This document shows, one piece after another, positions 61,701-64,000 of a DNA stretch of 64,000 nt. Position numbers and translations under genes: made by a program. Within the stretch, counting starts at the first letter, position 1. Each line of letters opens with the position of its first letter. The notes beneath the pieces were generated by a model that worked only from the letters and a program-made list of their open reading frames with translations, was not told where the DNA came from and searched no databases. Origin of the DNA: Geosiphon pyriformis uo1 (taxonomy: Eukaryota; Fungi; Glomeromycota); NCBI GenBank assembly GCA_016748015.1, contig JAAOMT010000708.1, positions 124,001-188,000 of the forward strand. Reading direction: 5' to 3'.

Positions 61701-64000
61701 TACAACCAAAGATAAAGGAATTCTAACAACAATCAGATGCCAACTAACAGTGTACTATTACAATCCTTAAATCATAGTAATGTCTTATTTTGACCAGCAC
61801 CAACCAGATACCTGAATCAAGTCTTATATTTTAGTTTTACTAAAAACCAGGATTTTTTTAGTTCTATATCTTTAGAAGGGAAGGATGTAGAAGAAATGCC
61901 CAACCCTTTGAGTCAAAATTAAATCAACAATATCATTCTACTTGTTACTATCACTGAAGACACCATCCTTGCCACTATCTTCCCTTTCAATATTGACAAT
62001 CTAAATACCAATAGTCTTTTCAATGGAGTCACCATTAATCAGGATAAACCAATAACTGTTCTGTATACTAATGCTAGAGTTGGAAACATAGACATTTAAT
62101 TAATCCTCAATAATAGATCAGCAGATAGTATAATTACAAAGCAATTTATGAATCAACTAGGTTACCAAGTAGACTATGCAGCTACTGTCCAAATCATAAC
62201 CACAAATGGAAATACTAAAATTCCAATAAAAAAAATTAACAACTTTTCCTTCAAAATTAACAGAATTCAAATCTCTACTAAAGTGCTTATTATGGAAGCC
62301 ACCCAATATCAAGCCCTTATAAGAAATAATTGGTTAGTCAAAGTTAATACCACTCTCAACTGGAATATGTAGGAACTACAGATCACTTTTAACAGACAGT
62401 ATGCATGAGTTCTAGCTATATGTGGACATTTCAAAGCTTAAAGCCCAGAAAAACTGCTGCTTAAATTTAAAAACTCAATACCATCATCAACAATAGAAGC
62501 CTATTAAGTTTTTTGGGCTGATAATTACTAAGCAAAGTTATCTTTACCACCAACTTGAGAAGAAAAAAGCAAAAGAAAAACTACAATTAGCACTTGCAGG
62601 CTATCCTATTCCAAGTCAAGAAAGTTAATAGTATCAAATCCTGAAATTAATTTGTATTGACTGTGAGAAAAAGTTATCTTCTATGGGTGTATGTATCAGA
62701 GATGACAAGGAATGGCCAATTACCACCAAATATTACTGCAAATCTTGTGTGTTGAAAAGATTTGGCAGGCCAAAATAACAAGGCAAATAAGACAATACAT
62801 TATGCCTTGTCTGTGGCAAGATTCTGTCAGATAAAAAACTATGAAACAATGTTTTTGGCAAAGGAAAAACATGTGATAAAGCATGTCAATACATCATCTT
62901 GATCAATAATTGAGTATAAAAAAGAATATCAATCAAGAATGCTTAAAGATGAGCACTTAGTAGATTGGATGATTACTTGCATAATAAACATGAAATATGG
63001 AGAATAATAAGTGCCAAAGCTAAAAGTGCCATATTTAGTGAAATACAAAAAATCAAAGAAAATTTATTTACACCAGAATATAATAGACCTGACTACATTA
63101 CAGAAGATTTCTTCATGGATGACCTGGACACATTTTAAAATTAATACCAGGAATTGGTCTTGACCCAAAAAGAACAAAAACAGTGGTTAGCTGATCTAAA
63201 CACAAAACTATGTGATCATTGTTTAATCTCTTGTTATTTTTAATATTGTGACAAATGTAATCTCATGTTCAATCTGTTTCCAAGAAAACTATATTCAATC
63301 ACTGAACTACTTGAGTCTGAGGTAGAAAAAAAATTAATTACCAAGAACATGTTGTTTTAAAATTCAACTAAGGATATTAAAACAAAACAGTATTTCACTT
63401 ATCCAGATCTCTCCAAAAAATTAGAATTAAAATGGTATAGTAACAATGAAAAAAAAATTTGCCCCAAAAGAGTACATGACACCAATGCTAATTTCAACCT
63501 ACAATACTTTAGACAATTATCTATAGTTATAGTCCCACATTCTCTTGTAACAATAGATCTTAAGATAGTATTAGAAATTTCTGTTAGTACAATGGTACAA
63601 GTTGCCTCTCAATTTAGTCTAGCCAAGAAAAAAATCAATGTAAAAGGAGGAATTATTAGTTATACAAAAAACATCATTATAATGCTACAGAACAATTTGA
63701 GCAAACTCTACAAAATAGAATTACAAGAAAAAATTGCTCAAGCTATCTTCTTATCCCTAGTCAAAATACTCCAATTAACCCCAGTAACAACCTGAGAAGA
63801 ATTAGGTTTTACTGCCCAAGGAATCAATGGGTTTGGATCAAATGGAAGAGGAAACATATCAGTCAACTTTACAGAAGAAGACAGTAATCAGGTAGAATTT
63901 ATTTACATCAATACAGTCATCTCTATTCCCTTATACTGACAATACATTCTTAAAATGAATCAAAAGATCCAAGATCAAGCTCTGTTATTTAAAGCCAGTT
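58795..64000 (+). mobile_element. Ty3/Gypsy-type LTR retrotransposon E (B family) with complete gag, protease, Cys-rich domain and dUTPase (~63460-63850); continues beyond the window
   Basis: 5' LTR 58795-59831 homologous to the B LTR, PBS TGGTGCTTTCTGTAAGG, GTG 59893, capsid ATG 60696, EKIAQ..QGINGFGS dUTPase motifs. Confidence 0.9.

Overview
AT-rich fungal genomic DNA with short GT-AG introns; an early-diverging fungus, with Glomeromycotina/Geosiphon-like as a tentative guess from intron style and TE content. It has two compartments. (1) Bases ~1-18.7 kb are CpG-rich host sequence with five spliced or simple genes: VPS9 (VPS9+CUE), a ~1003-aa acidic membrane protein of unknown function, a small H-Y-E ADP-ribosyltransferase (PARP-fold) gene, mitochondrial ribosomal protein mL54/MRPL37, and VPS27/Hrs. 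(2) Bases ~19.6-64 kb are a CpG-depleted nest of decayed retroelements: five Ty3/Gypsy-type LTR elements (A; B nested in A; D; C nested in D; E running off the window), one recombinant solo LTR and two LINE remnants, all riddled with C>T/G>A transitions. The main discovery is an unusual architecture shared by these LTR elements from distinct families. ORF1 reads [GUG-led, Met-poor N-terminal extension]-capsid-zinc knuckle-protease-[unrecognised ~200-aa Cys-rich domain]-dUTPase-RT-RNase H and then stops. Integrase follows as a separate out-of-frame ORF with its own Met-Asn start, then a conserved third ORF at the env position. The LTRs carry family-specific motif arrays in U3 and a covarying leader hairpin with a palindromic loop (candidate kissing-loop dimerisation signal). 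All 4-bp target sites have a central pyrimidine-purine step consistent with decayed CpG. All coordinates were derived by eye.
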